The notes beneath the pieces were generated by a model. The model had not been told where the DNA came from. It saw only the letters and a list, made by a program, of their open reading frames with translations, and searched no databases. From assembly GCA_039680575.1 (NCBI GenBank), contig JBDKSP010000024.1, positions 1 through 64,000 on the forward strand: a DNA stretch of 64,000 nt, in the 5' to 3' direction. This stretch comes from Armatimonadota bacterium (GTDB lineage: Bacteria > Armatimonadota > UBA5829 > DTLH01). Position numbers and translations under genes: made by a program. This document shows positions 1-9,323 of the stretch, in pieces. Positions within the stretch are counted from its first letter, which is position 1; every line of letters starts with the position of its first letter.

Positions 1-141
1 CTTTTTCAAACAAATCAGCAGCAAGGTAACGAACTCTTTGTCTGTCTGAAAATGATGCATGTCTCATAACATGCATGTATACGTCTTTCGTTGGCTTAAC
101 GTCTCAACGTAGAGCAAAGATCAATAGGGAGCAGAAGTAGT

Positions 142-171
142 GGCCGGGATTGACCCGGCCTTTTTCTTTTT
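142..171 (+). terminator. Intrinsic terminator-like hairpin
   Basis: GGCCGGG-attga-CCCGGCC followed by TTTTTCTTTTT. Confidence 0.6.
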
Positions 172-380
172 ACGCTGATTAAGCGGAAGGTAGAAATCTG
201 TAGCACAAGACTCTATGTCTCGAGCTGTTCCCTTTTTCTTTGGTTTGATTGTTATTGGAGCAGAAACTGCATTTATCAAGAAAGTAGGTAGTCTTACCTG
301 CTGATGTGAATTAGTAGTAAGATGATTAGTATAAAAATATAAAATATATACGCAAATAGTCAAGAATAATGGGTAGAAAC

Positions 381-419
381 ACTTTACAAATACCAATAAT
401 ATAGCTATACTTGTAAAGT
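381..419 (+). promoter_or_regulatory. Sigma70 promoter flanked by an inverted repeat (probable XRE autoregulatory operator)
   Basis: TTTACA-N17-TATACT; ACTTTACAA (381-389) and TTGTAAAGT (411-419) form an inverted pair; GAGGAG RBS follows. Confidence 0.55.
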
Positions 420-434
420 TGAGAGGAGAAATGA

Positions 435-1505
435 ATGCTAGGGGATAGACTTAAACAAGCTCGAAGAGCGCGTCATTTGACTCAAGATGATCTTGCGAAT
501 TCAGTTAATCTCTCAAAAGCAGCAATTTCCAACTATGAAACAGGCAAAGATTGTCCTAGTTCCGGTGTTCTCTTCCGTTTGGCTGATACATTGAATGTAA
601 GTTTCGATTACTTTTTTAGAACAGTGACGGTAGATTTAGGTGAGCCAGCATACCGCAAGCACTGTTCCCTTCCTGAATCTCGTAAACTTGAGCTCGAAGC
701 TGCTGTCTGCGATAAGGTAGAAAGCTACCTAGAGACGGAAGCTCTCTTTCTCAATGACCAGATCCAGTTGCAAATTCCAGATAGCTTTTCCGAACGTATA
801 GCAAGTAATGAGGATACTGAAGAGCTCGCAGAGCAATTGCGGAAAGCTTGGGGACTTGGCTATTACCCGATAGATAATCTAGCAGAGTTACTAGAAGAAC
901 ATGGCATTAAGGTTATTTTTGTAACTACACATAATGCTTTTGATGGTTGCGCGTATCCAAATGGGAGTGTTCCGGTTATAGTCGTAAACAAACAAAAAGC
1001 TGGAGACAGAATTCGTTTCGATTTAGCCCATGAGCTTGGGCATCTTTTACTAAAATTTTCCGGCAATTGGGATGAGGATATACAAGAGTCTGCTGCCAAT
1101 AGATTCGCTGGAGCGTTTCTTGCGCCTGCTGCCGCTGTGAAGAAAGAACTCGGGACACATCGGTCTCGGATAAGCTTGCAGGAACTGCATGACCTGAAGC
1201 ATAAGTATGGAATGAGTATGCAAGCTTGGGTGTACCGGGCACTTGACACTGAAGTAATTGCGAAATCTACCGCTGGCAAACTATTTGGCATGTTCAATAA
1301 AAAGGGCTGGAAGGAGATTGAACCGGGCCGTAAATATCCCAAGGAATCTACGGACCGTCATATACGGTTGGTGGCACGGGCTTATATAGATGGTATTATC
1401 TCAGATAGCAGAGCAGCTGAGCTGCTAGGTGTTCCGCTTACAGAAGTTATACAGAAACTTGCTGACACAAGTATTGGCGAGAGTTGGCAACCTGTTGTAT
1501 CATAA
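435..1505 (+). CDS. XRE HTH + ImmA/IrrE (M78) metallopeptidase fusion
   Basis: N-terminal Cro/XRE HTH (LTQDDLANSVNLSKAAISNYETG); RIRFDLAHELGH zinc motif; ESAANRFAGAFL. Confidence 0.9.
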   Translation: MLGDRLKQARRARHLTQDDLANSVNLSKAAISNYETGKDCPSSGVLFRLADTLNVSFDYFFRTVTVDLGEPAYRKHCSLPESRKLELEAAVCDKVESYLETEALFLNDQIQLQIPDSFSERIASNEDTEELAEQLRKAWGLGYYPIDNLAELLEEHGIKVIFVTTHNAFDGCAYPNGSVPVIVVNKQKAGDRIRFDLAHELGHLLLKFSGNWDEDIQESAANRFAGAFLAPAAAVKKELGTHRSRISLQELHDLKHKYGMSMQAWVYRALDTEVIAKSTAGKLFGMFNKKGWKEIEPGRKYPKESTDRHIRLVARAYIDGIISDSRAAELLGVPLTEVIQKLADTSIGESWQPVVS

Positions 1506-1583
1506 GACGAACAAGAAATGAATAAATATAGTGGGAATACGCTGACGATACAGTGATACTAGATTTTCACCATGAGGTGAGTC

Positions 1584-2069
1584 CTGGATACAGTTGTTGT
1601 TGATGCAAACGTGTGGTTCGATTTCGACGAAGCTCAGATTCTCGGTCAGTTGTTCCGTCTCGACCACCAATACATCGTGACGGATCGAATCGAGAAAGAG
1701 CTAAAATCCCTTAATGTACCAATGTTGAAGAAGTTCGGTTTCCAGTCTCGAGAGTTAACGGGAGAGCTAATTACAGAATTAGTTAAGCTTCGTGCCAGAT
1801 ACACTGGTCCCGGTATTGCCGATCTTTCTGCATTGGTACTCGCACGAGGATATTCATACCCACTATACACCCGCGACAGTCTTCTACAGGAAGCTGCCAA
1901 TTTAGAAGGCGTTGTTGTGCGTGAGTCACATACGCTCCTAGAAGAGATGATCGATGAAGGTATTCTTAAGCGTGCAGAAGCGGCAGATGCTCTGGCTGTT
2001 ATGAATAGCCGATTACTAACAACTAGGCTGGATTGGAAAGATATGATCAAAAAATGGCGCAAACCATGA
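1584..2069 (+). CDS. PIN-domain protein, likely CTG start
   Basis: In-frame extension gives DTVVVDANVWFD, the first PIN acidic motif; GIADLSALVLA and LYTRD motifs; GAGGTG upstream of CTG. Confidence 0.75.
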   Translation: MDTVVVDANVWFDFDEAQILGQLFRLDHQYIVTDRIEKELKSLNVPMLKKFGFQSRELTGELITELVKLRARYTGPGIADLSALVLARGYSYPLYTRDSLLQEAANLEGVVVRESHTLLEEMIDEGILKRAEAADALAVMNSRLLTTRLDWKDMIKKWRKP

Positions 2070-2296
2070 ATCAGTAAGCATTTTTTTGTATAGCAGATGT
2101 GAAAAGCGATTACTGAAGCTAACATTACCAGCGAAGATCTGCTCGATTCAATAAAAGCATACACCGCAACATCCTCAAGTTCCACCGATACCCAAATCCT
2201 CTTTCTCCTTTTTCGCGTTTTTTGTCTATTTCGCGATCCAAAAACCACCAACCCCATCCCCAATGTTTCATCACCCACCAAATATGGAAATATACA

Positions 2297-2326
2297 CTTG
2301 ACAATAATACACTCAAGTAGTATGCT
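2297..2326 (+). promoter_or_regulatory. clpB promoter overlapped by HAIR-like (HspR) operator
   Basis: TTGACA-N17-TATGCT; CTTGACA-N7-ACTCAAG versus HAIR consensus CTTGAGT-N7-ACTCAAG. Confidence 0.7.
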
Positions 2327-2390
2327 ACTTTTAGTATTAAGCTAGTAGTTCCATCGGCGCAGTGTGGCGCCGGATGAGGGAGAGACGGCT

Positions 2391-5030
2391 ATGAGACTGG
2401 ACAAATTTACGATCAAGGCACAGGAAGCTATTCAAGAGGCACAGAGCTTCGCGGAGGCGAAGAATCATCAGCAGATAGATGTCGAGCACCTGCTTCTGGC
2501 GCTTGTGCGGCAGGATGGCGGGGTTGTCGCGCCTATACTGCAGAAGCTGGGGGTCCGCCTGGAGCTTGTCGCAGGCCAGGTAGAGGAAGAGCTGAAGCGA
2601 ATGCCGCAGGTATCAGGCGCGGTGAGCGGTGGCGCGTACATATCTCCGAGGTTGAAGACCACGCTCGATGAAGCCTGGCAGGAAGCACAGCGGATGAAGG
2701 ACGAGTACGTCAGCACAGAACACCTGCTGATAGCAATCGCGGGCGATACCGGCGCGGCTGGCCGAATCCTGAAAAGCCACGGAGTGACCAAGGATTCCAT
2801 ATATAAAGCGCTTGCCGATGTCCGCGGCGGTCAGAGGGTGACGGACCAAAATCCGGAAGAGAAATACCAGGCGCTGGAGAGATACGGCCGTGATCTCACC
2901 AAGCTAGCTGCAGAAGGTAAGCTCGACCCAGTCATCGGGCGTGATGACGAAATCCGCCGGGTGATCCAGGTGCTTTCACGCCGGACGAAGAACAATCCGG
3001 TGTTGATCGGTGAGCCAGGTGTCGGTAAGACGGCTATAGTCGAGGGGCTCGCGCAGCGGATCGTTTCCGGCGATGTACCGGAAAGCCTAAAGGACAAAAA
3101 GGTCGTCTCGCTCGATATTGGCAGCATGGTCGCGGGCGCTAAATACCGCGGCGAGTTCGAAGACAGGTTGAAAGCAGTGCTCCGTGAGGTAGCGGAGGCC
3201 GAAGGCCAGATAATCCTTTTCATGGATGAGCTTCACACCATCGTCGGAGCCGGTGCGGCGGAAGGTGCAATCGATGCATCGAACATGCTGAAGCCGATGC
3301 TCGCGCGTGGTGAGCTTAGGGCTGTCGGCGCGACTACGCTGGATGAGTACCGCAAGCATATCGAGAAAGATGCCGCGCTGGAGCGAAGGTTCCAGCCGAT
3401 TATAGTGGGCGAGCCGTCTGTGGACGATACGATAGCCATCCTCCGTGGGTTGAAAGAGCGTTACGAGGTCCATCACGGCGTCAGGATTACCGATTCGGCC
3501 ATTGTCGCGGCGGCGATACTTTCGCATAGGTACATAGCCGACAGGTTCCTGCCTGATAAAGCTATCGATCTGATAGATGAAGCCGCGTCGAGGCTGAGAA
3601 TCGAGATCGACAGCATGCCGACCGAGATAGACGAGGTCGAGCGGCGGATCCGGCAGCTCGAAATCGAGCGAGAGGCGCTCAAAAAAGAGACAGACCCGGC
3701 GTCTTTGGAACGGCTTGCCAAGCTCGAACAGGAGTTGGCTGACCTCCGCGAGCAGTCATCGGAGATGAAGGCGCACTGGCAGAACGAAAAGGATGTCATC
3801 AGTCGGATACGTGGGATCAAGGGGCAGATCGAGCGCGCGAGGCAGGAGGAACAAAACGCGGAACGCAGCGGTGACCTCGGAAAAGCCGCAGAACTCCGCT
3901 ATGGTGTGCTCTTGGACCTCGAAAAGGAGCTTCATGAGCAGAATGCACAGCTTGAGGAGCTTCAGAAGGACCACAAGATGCTCAAGGAAGAGGTCGATGA
4001 GGACGACATCGCCGAAGTAGTCTCCAAGTGGACAGGCATTCCGGTCTCAAGGATGCTCGAAGGCGAGGTCCAGAAACTGATTCGGATGGAAGACAGGCTC
4101 CACGAGCGGGTAATCGGCCAGGATGAGGCGATTACGGCGGTGTCGAACGCCGTCCGCCGCGCGAGGGCAGGGCTACAGGACCCAAACAGGCCTATCGGGA
4201 GCTTTATCTTCATGGGCCCGACCGGAGTAGGGAAAACCGAGCTTGCAAGGGCGCTTGCGGAGTTCCTGTTCGATGATGAGCGCGCGATGATAAGGCTCGA
4301 TATGTCGGAGTATCAGGAGCGGCACACTGTTGCGCGGCTCGTCGGTGCTCCTCCCGGATATGTCGGTTACGAAGAGGGCGGACAGCTCACAGAGGCTGTT
4401 CGTCGTCGTCCTTACTCGGTGGTGCTCTTCGATGAGATAGAAAAAGCCCACCCGGAAGTATTCAATACGCTGCTGCAGATACTGGACGACGGCCGTTTGA
4501 CAGACGGACAGGGTCGGACGGTCGATTTCAAGAACACCGTCATCATAATGACATCGAACATCGGAAGTGACCTTATCCGGGAGGTCAGAATCAAGAGTAT
4601 GCGGACCGGCGCAACAGGCCATACGGAGGAAGATGAGGTCCATGCGGCAGTGCTGGAGGCTCTCCGCGCTCACTTCAAACCGGAGTTTTTGAACCGTGTC
4701 GATGAGATCATTATATTCAACTCGCTTTCGAAGGATGACATCAAGCAGATTGTCGAGATTCAGTTGAAGCATCTGAAGAAGCGGCTTGAGGACCGGAAGA
4801 TCGAGATAGAGCTCACCGACCGGGCAAAAGACAAACTGGTAGATGAGGGGTTCGATCCGGTTTACGGCGCACGGCCACTGAAGCGGGCGATACAGCGAAA
4901 GATACAGGATCCGCTGGCTCTGGCCTTGATCGAAGGCCGGTTCAGGGAAGGTGACCGCGTCACAGTGGATACGGACGAGACCGGAGAGATAGTCTTCGGG
5001 AAATCCGGAGAAGCCGCAGCGGCTGTCTGA
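2391..5030 (+). CDS. clpB: ATP-dependent chaperone ClpB
   Basis: MRLDKFT start with RBS; two AAA+ Walker A motifs ([16 protein letters not shown]); long coiled-coil middle domain. Confidence 0.97.
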   Translation: MRLDKFTIKAQEAIQEAQSFAEAKNHQQIDVEHLLLALVRQDGGVVAPILQKLGVRLELVAGQVEEELKRMPQVSGAVSGGAYISPRLKTTLDEAWQEAQRMKDEYVSTEHLLIAIAGDTGAAGRILKSHGVTKDSIYKALADVRGGQRVTDQNPEEKYQALERYGRDLTKLAAEGKLDPVIGRDDEIRRVIQVLSRRTKNNPVLIGEPGVGKTAIVEGLAQRIVSGDVPESLKDKKVVSLDIGSMVAGAKYRGEFEDRLKAVLREVAEAEGQIILFMDELHTIVGAGAAEGAIDASNMLKPMLARGELRAVGATTLDEYRKHIEKDAALERRFQPIIVGEPSVDDTIAILRGLKERYEVHHGVRITDSAIVAAAILSHRYIADRFLPDKAIDLIDEAASRLRIEIDSMPTEIDEVERRIRQLEIEREALKKETDPASLERLAKLEQELADLREQSSEMKAHWQNEKDVISRIRGIKGQIERARQEEQNAERSGDLGKAAELRYGVLLDLEKELHEQNAQLEELQKDHKMLKEEVDEDDIAEVVSKWTGIPVSRMLEGEVQKLIRMEDRLHERVIGQDEAITAVSNAVRRARAGLQDPNRPIGSFIFMGPTGVGKTELARALAEFLFDDERAMIRLDMSEYQERHTVARLVGAPPGYVGYEEGGQLTEAVRRRPYSVVLFDEIEKAHPEVFNTLLQILDDGRLTDGQGRTVDFKNTVIIMTSNIGSDLIREVRIKSMRTGATGHTEEDEVHAAVLEALRAHFKPEFLNRVDEIIIFNSLSKDDIKQIVEIQLKHLKKRLEDRKIEIELTDRAKDKLVDEGFDPVYGARPLKRAIQRKIQDPLALALIEGRFREGDRVTVDTDETGEIVFGKSGEAAAAV

Positions 5031-5083
5031 GCCTATCAGGAGCTATGGCACTGGCGGTAATCTTCCTACCATATAGTAGTTTA

Positions 5084-5105
5084 ATACTTGATGCGCATCA
5101 AGTAT
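5084..5105. repeat. Perfect 22-bp palindrome
   Basis: ATACTTGATGCGCATCAAGTAT equals its own reverse complement. Confidence 0.8.
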
Positions 5106-5167
5106 CAGCTTAGTGTAAGCAAAAGTGGGGTCAGAGAGTAATAAAGATGATTACTGTACAAATATTG

Positions 5168-5196
5168 TTGATAAGTGATACTATATATGGTATCAT
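5168..5196 (+). promoter_or_regulatory. Promoter of the hicA-hicB-secB triad with overlapping palindromic operator
   Basis: TTGATA-N17-TATCAT; near-perfect palindrome TGATACTATATATGGTATCA at 5176-5195. Confidence 0.65.
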
Positions 5197-5233
5197 CACA
5201 TAGTCTAGAGGGTATAAAGGGAACTGGGAATAC

Positions 5234-5524
5234 ATGGGTGATGATGAGCTGATTGACAAATGGCTAAGCAATACGCCACCAGACGATTCTGTAGACAAAG
5301 TCGAGCGTATCTTGATTAAGGTCTTCGGTGAGGGTTCAGTGAAAAAGCGCTCTGGTGGATCGCATCAGTATAGAGTGAAGCATCCGTCACTTGAGGGCTT
5401 GCCTGGTTTTGGTACCGGCGGTCACCTCAGCATTCCTGTCAAAAATGGTACCAGGGTTAAAGGATACTATTTAAAGCGTATTGCCCAAGCAATAAAACGG
5501 CTCGAAGAAGTCGGATTGATCTAG
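5234..5524 (+). CDS. hicA: HicA-like toxin
   Basis: Small basic protein with GGSH motif, LSIPVKNG and VKGYYLK typical of HicA; lies upstream of a HicB gene. Confidence 0.75.
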   Translation: MGDDELIDKWLSNTPPDDSVDKVERILIKVFGEGSVKKRSGGSHQYRVKHPSLEGLPGFGTGGHLSIPVKNGTRVKGYYLKRIAQAIKRLEEVGLI

Positions 5525-5543
5525 ACTGAGTGAGGAGGACACA

Positions 5544-6065
5544 ATGGATAGGGCATTGGATTACTATCTCTCTTTGGATTATCCAGTTGAGATTAAGAGA
5601 ATAGATGAAAGTCTTGGTGGTGGTTATCTAGCAAGTATACCTTGTTTGGGTTCACAGGCATTTGTAGGAGATGGGGATACACCTCAAGAAGCTTATGAGA
5701 ACCTCATGGTTGCTAAAGCAGAGATTTTTAAGGATTATCTTCAGAGTGGAATAAGAATTATGGAACCACCAGATGTCAGCCAATATGAAGATTATAGCGG
5801 CAAGCTAGTTCTGCGAATGCCCCGCGAGCTTCATGCAAGATTGGCTTTAGCTGCCAAAGCAAACGATGCTAGCCTTAATCAATTCATCGTGTATGCATTG
5901 AGTGGTTTTGAAGCTAAATGGGATGTTTTGACAGATATCAAAGCGCTGTGGGACAGACCCAATAATAACTGGGAGAGATCAACTATATTCGAAGACGACA
6001 ATATGAAGCGCTTAAGTGAGTGGGCAAATGTACAAGGAGTAGGATATGGAAGAGCAGCAGCTTAA
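5544..6065 (+). CDS. hicB: HicB-family antitoxin with C-terminal extension
   Basis: LDYYLSLDYP...GDGDTPQEAYENL (HicB core); YSGKLVLRMPRELHARL...SLNQFI (RHH); extra aromatic-rich tail. Confidence 0.88.
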   Translation: MDRALDYYLSLDYPVEIKRIDESLGGGYLASIPCLGSQAFVGDGDTPQEAYENLMVAKAEIFKDYLQSGIRIMEPPDVSQYEDYSGKLVLRMPRELHARLALAAKANDASLNQFIVYALSGFEAKWDVLTDIKALWDRPNNNWERSTIFEDDNMKRLSEWANVQGVGYGRAAA

Positions 6066-6510
6066 CGCAGACACGATTACTGAGGAGACACAACAGTTTA
6101 ATCTGAAACCTAAGGAATATCGTATAGTATTGGAAGGGCTGAACCTGTTATCTTTGGAACTAGAGAACTGTATAATGAAGTCGACACAAGATATGTCAGA
6201 TAGGAGTGCCAGTATATCCAATAGAATAGATGATAGTCAAGCAGCATTTGAGCCGAGGCCGGACGGCACGGTTATTGTGAAGCATCGCTATTCGGAGAAG
6301 ACAAAGATAGGTAAAAAAGTAGTATTCAGTCTTGATGCTACATTCCGGCTTGTGTTTCAATCCAAAAATGAATTTTCAGATGATTTCTTTATAATATTTC
6401 GTGCCGTTAGCCTTAACCTGTACACTTGGCCTTACTTTCGAGAATTGCTGAACAATCTCAGTAGCAGAACAGGAATGCCTCCGCTGACGCTGCCTATGCT
6501 AAAAAAATAG
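6046..6510 (+). CDS. SecB-like chaperone
   Basis: 154 aa ending WPYFRELLNNLSSRTGMPPLTLP, the SecB C-terminal signature; overlaps the hicB stop. Confidence 0.8.
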   Translation: MEEQQLNADTITEETQQFNLKPKEYRIVLEGLNLLSLELENCIMKSTQDMSDRSASISNRIDDSQAAFEPRPDGTVIVKHRYSEKTKIGKKVVFSLDATFRLVFQSKNEFSDDFFIIFRAVSLNLYTWPYFRELLNNLSSRTGMPPLTLPMLKK

Positions 6511-6538
6511 CAGGGTTTCAACTAAATTGCATTGTCCA

Positions 6539-6577
6539 AAGAACGTTCGCTAAAAGCGGTGGGCGTTCTTTTCTTTC
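6539..6577 (+). terminator. Probable terminator after secB-like gene
   Basis: AAGAACG...CGTTCTT stem followed by T-rich tract. Confidence 0.45.
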
Positions 6578-6685
6578 ACCTATCAATTTCCGAATCTTGA
6601 CGGGTGACTTCTCAAGAAGAAACCGTACCCATAATTTATCAATCTATCGGGTATACTTGCCGTAGAGTTCGGCAGGAGCCCTGAT

Positions 6686-7033
6686 ATGAGTCTTTATCAC
6701 GAAACTATGGGCGATATAGGGACTATAATCGATGCCATGGGGGTTATCGTAATCTTCATAGGCACGCTCATAGCCACGGCCCGGTTTCTGCTTCGCGGCT
6801 ACGGTCAGGCCAACGTGTCGTATCAGTCCTACCGGCGGGACATCGGGCGGGCCATACTCCTCGGGCTCGAGTTCCTGATCGCTGGCGACATCATCCACAC
6901 CGTCGTTGTTGCGCCCACTTTCGGCAATGTCGCTGTCCTCGGTGTAATCGTGCTGATCCGAACGTTCCTCAGCACATCCCTGCAGGTCGAACTCGAAGGC
7001 CGCTGGCCATGGCAGCCTCCAACGCGCTCATAG
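6686..7033 (+). CDS. DUF1622 family membrane protein
   Basis: GRAILLGLEFLIAGDIIHTV...VLIRTFLS...EGRWPW signature. Confidence 0.88.
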   Translation: MSLYHETMGDIGTIIDAMGVIVIFIGTLIATARFLLRGYGQANVSYQSYRRDIGRAILLGLEFLIAGDIIHTVVVAPTFGNVAVLGVIVLIRTFLSTSLQVELEGRWPWQPPTRS

Positions 7034-7140
7034 ACTATGAGTAATCCTGTAGCTGCAAGATAAAAAGCGTTTTTTTGCGAAAATGCAGCATTCGGGAAGG
7101 AAGTTCAGGAACGGAAAAGGTATTAATAAATACTTTTTGT

Positions 7141-7236
7141 AAAAAAGTTGGATTCAGGGAGGAAGGCTTACAACGAGACGGGTATTACTATAACCACAGA
7201 TACTACGATTTTGAGATGATAGCATTTTCGATAGAG
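7141..7236 (+). pseudogene. C-terminal remnant of RimJ/RimL-type GNAT acetyltransferase
   Basis: KKVGFREEGLQRDGYYYNHRYYDFEMIAF resembles a GNAT C-terminus; no intact N-terminal part. Confidence 0.5.
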
Positions 7237-7263
7237 AATATCGAGAGCTTTATGGAGGGAATT

Positions 7264-7692
7264 ATGGCACAGGCACAACAGGGTGATACCGTTAAGGTGC
7301 ATTACACCGGAAAACTGGATGACGGAAGTGTATTCGACAGCTCCGTTGACCGCGATCCGATAGAGTTCACAATAGGTGAAGGCAGAGTTATCCCGGGGTT
7401 CGAGAACGGCATCGTCGGTATGAATACAGGCGAGTTAAAGACGATCTCGATACCCGCAGACCAGGCTTACGGTCCGCATCGCGATGACATGGTTGTGGAG
7501 GTTAACAAAGCTCACCTGCCACCGGATCTTGACGCCGAAGTCGGCGATCAGTTGCAGATGCGGCAGGCGGACGGTCAGCCGGTTGTCGTTATCGTAGCAG
7601 ATATAAGCGATGAAAACATCACGCTCGATGCCAACCATCCGCTCGCCGGAAAGGATCTCATGTTTGACGTGGAACTGGTCGAAATCAGCTAA
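7264..7692 (+). CDS. FKBP-type peptidyl-prolyl isomerase (SlyD-like, no His tail)
   Basis: VKVHYTGKLDDGSVFDSS, DANHPLAGKDL; GGAGG RBS before ATG 7264. Confidence 0.92.
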   Translation: MAQAQQGDTVKVHYTGKLDDGSVFDSSVDRDPIEFTIGEGRVIPGFENGIVGMNTGELKTISIPADQAYGPHRDDMVVEVNKAHLPPDLDAEVGDQLQMRQADGQPVVVIVADISDENITLDANHPLAGKDLMFDVELVEIS

Positions 7693-7760
7693 CGGAAAAA
7701 GCGGTTATTGGAAAGGGCATGTGCTTCCTGCAGGCCTGAAACCAAACATAGATCTTACCG

Positions 7761-7795
7761 AAACAAGCCGCCTCTATTACACAGGCGGCTTGTTT
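7761..7795. terminator. Bidirectional terminator between convergent genes
   Basis: AAACAAGCCGCCT-loop-AGGCGGCTTGTTT. Confidence 0.7.
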
Positions 7796-7827
7796 GCGTT
7801 ATATAGAATTTTGGCCGTTACAACCGG

Positions 7828-9318
7828 CTAATTGGCTGTTAAGTGCTTTTTTGCTTCTGTATGGAATATCTCAGCATCCTCTTTTTCAGAGGTTTCATTG
7901 GTTTCGAGGTATCTGAGTGTACTTGCGCAGGACTGGGCAAGCAGACTGCAGCCGAGTACCCGGTGGCGGTTTACGGATACCAGGTCTTCAGGGGGTGTAA
8001 GCGCCTGAAGGAGTCCGCTGATTGACTGCACTCGTTTACTGAGTCCCTGCACCTGCCCGTAATACGCCTCTCTGGTGATCTCTTTCTGGGAGAACGAGGT
8101 GTAGCCGCCATCGAACCGGGCTAGAATACCGTCCAGGTCTTTTTCGATAATGCTCATAAACCGAGGGTAATAGGTGTTCGTAAAAACTTTCAGTTCCGCG
8201 TTGGAGCTGATCTTTTGCATCTCATTGAGTTCCTTCAAGCTTTCGCCGTACATAGATCTCGATGCAAAGAAGAGCGACAGCCTCGCATAGGGTGAAGGGT
8301 TTGTCTGATCTATCTGCGCTGCAAGCCGGTATTGCTTCTCCGCCTCATCGAACCTGCCAAGCTGCCACTGGTAATCTCCGGCTTTTATACGCGCGTCGAT
8401 GTCATTCGGGTTCTTTTCGGCTACACTTGTGTAAATCTCAGCGGCTTTCTCGGGAGTTCCGCGTTTTTCGTAGACCTGGGCCAACTCCGCGCGGAGCGCT
8501 TCGTTCTCCGGCTCGATCAGTTTGGCGCGTTCTGCCTCGTCGAGTGCCTGGGAGAACATCCTGCGTTCCGTATAGAGCCGGATGAGCTTTATCCTGATGT
8601 CGATATTTCGAGGGTCTGCGTTTACGGCTGCACGATACGTGAGGATTGCATTTGCCAGATCACCGTCTTTGATGGACTGCTCGGCCTTATTTACCAGCGT
8701 TTCGGCTTCCATACTTCTTGGCTGGTTATAGGTAGGCTCGACCAACGGTGCATCCGGGCCTTCTTCCGTGGATTGAACAGGCGACGGGCTGGCTTTTACA
8801 TCCTTCAGCACTTCTCCTGCAAGTTTATAGATGATGGAACTTGTTGCGGACTGGATCGCATTGGATATTGCACGATCGCGGTTACTACTGAGCGAGAACC
8901 CTGCCGATGCCTCGAACTGCATGAATTTTTTCGTCTGCGTCCTGGCTATCCATATTTTTACCGTGACCTTGTCTTCCGTAACGAGAACATCACCGGAGAG
9001 AACGAGATCGGTTCCTATCCGGTTGGCAAGCTGCAGCTCGGCGTCGGGAGTAGTGGCCTTGCTCATGTCTTCCGCCGTGATCCGGTGTTCCAGGACTGCA
9101 CGCTCGATCAGCGGAGAATCAGGTTGAAAATCGGTGATATCGGCTTTCCCGATCTGACGCATGTAGGTCTTGATGGCCTGTGTCGTTTCGACCGCGCAGG
9201 CCTGGTCGGTGCCTTTATCCGCGGTCACGGGAAAGAGGAGCGCAATGGGCGGACTATCAGCAGCCTGAAGCGCTGTGCAGAAGACCAGAAGCAAAACTAG
9301 GATGACTAACCTGTTCAT
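7828..9318 (-). CDS. Secreted TPR-repeat protein
   Basis: Signal peptide (...ALQA); multiple TPR-like helices. Confidence 0.75.
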   Translation of the reverse strand: MNRLVILVLLLVFCTALQAADSPPIALLFPVTADKGTDQACAVETTQAIKTYMRQIGKADITDFQPDSPLIERAVLEHRITAEDMSKATTPDAELQLANRIGTDLVLSGDVLVTEDKVTVKIWIARTQTKKFMQFEASAGFSLSSNRDRAISNAIQSATSSIIYKLAGEVLKDVKASPSPVQSTEEGPDAPLVEPTYNQPRSMEAETLVNKAEQSIKDGDLANAILTYRAAVNADPRNIDIRIKLIRLYTERRMFSQALDEAERAKLIEPENEALRAELAQVYEKRGTPEKAAEIYTSVAEKNPNDIDARIKAGDYQWQLGRFDEAEKQYRLAAQIDQTNPSPYARLSLFFASRSMYGESLKELNEMQKISSNAELKVFTNTYYPRFMSIIEKDLDGILARFDGGYTSFSQKEITREAYYGQVQGLSKRVQSISGLLQALTPPEDLVSVNRHRVLGCSLLAQSCASTLRYLETNETSEKEDAEIFHTEAKKHLTAN

Positions 9319-9323
9319 AATAA

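Noticed and set aside
1..75. Partial minus-strand ORF (MHVMRHASFSDRQRVRYLAADLFEK...)
   Set aside because: Too short at the window edge, with no clear RBS to support it.
121..396. 91-aa minus-strand ORF
   Set aside because: Spans promoter and terminator DNA; no motif.
8332..9300. 322-aa plus-strand ORF
   Set aside because: Antisense shadow of the TPR gene; no recognisable motif or RBS.
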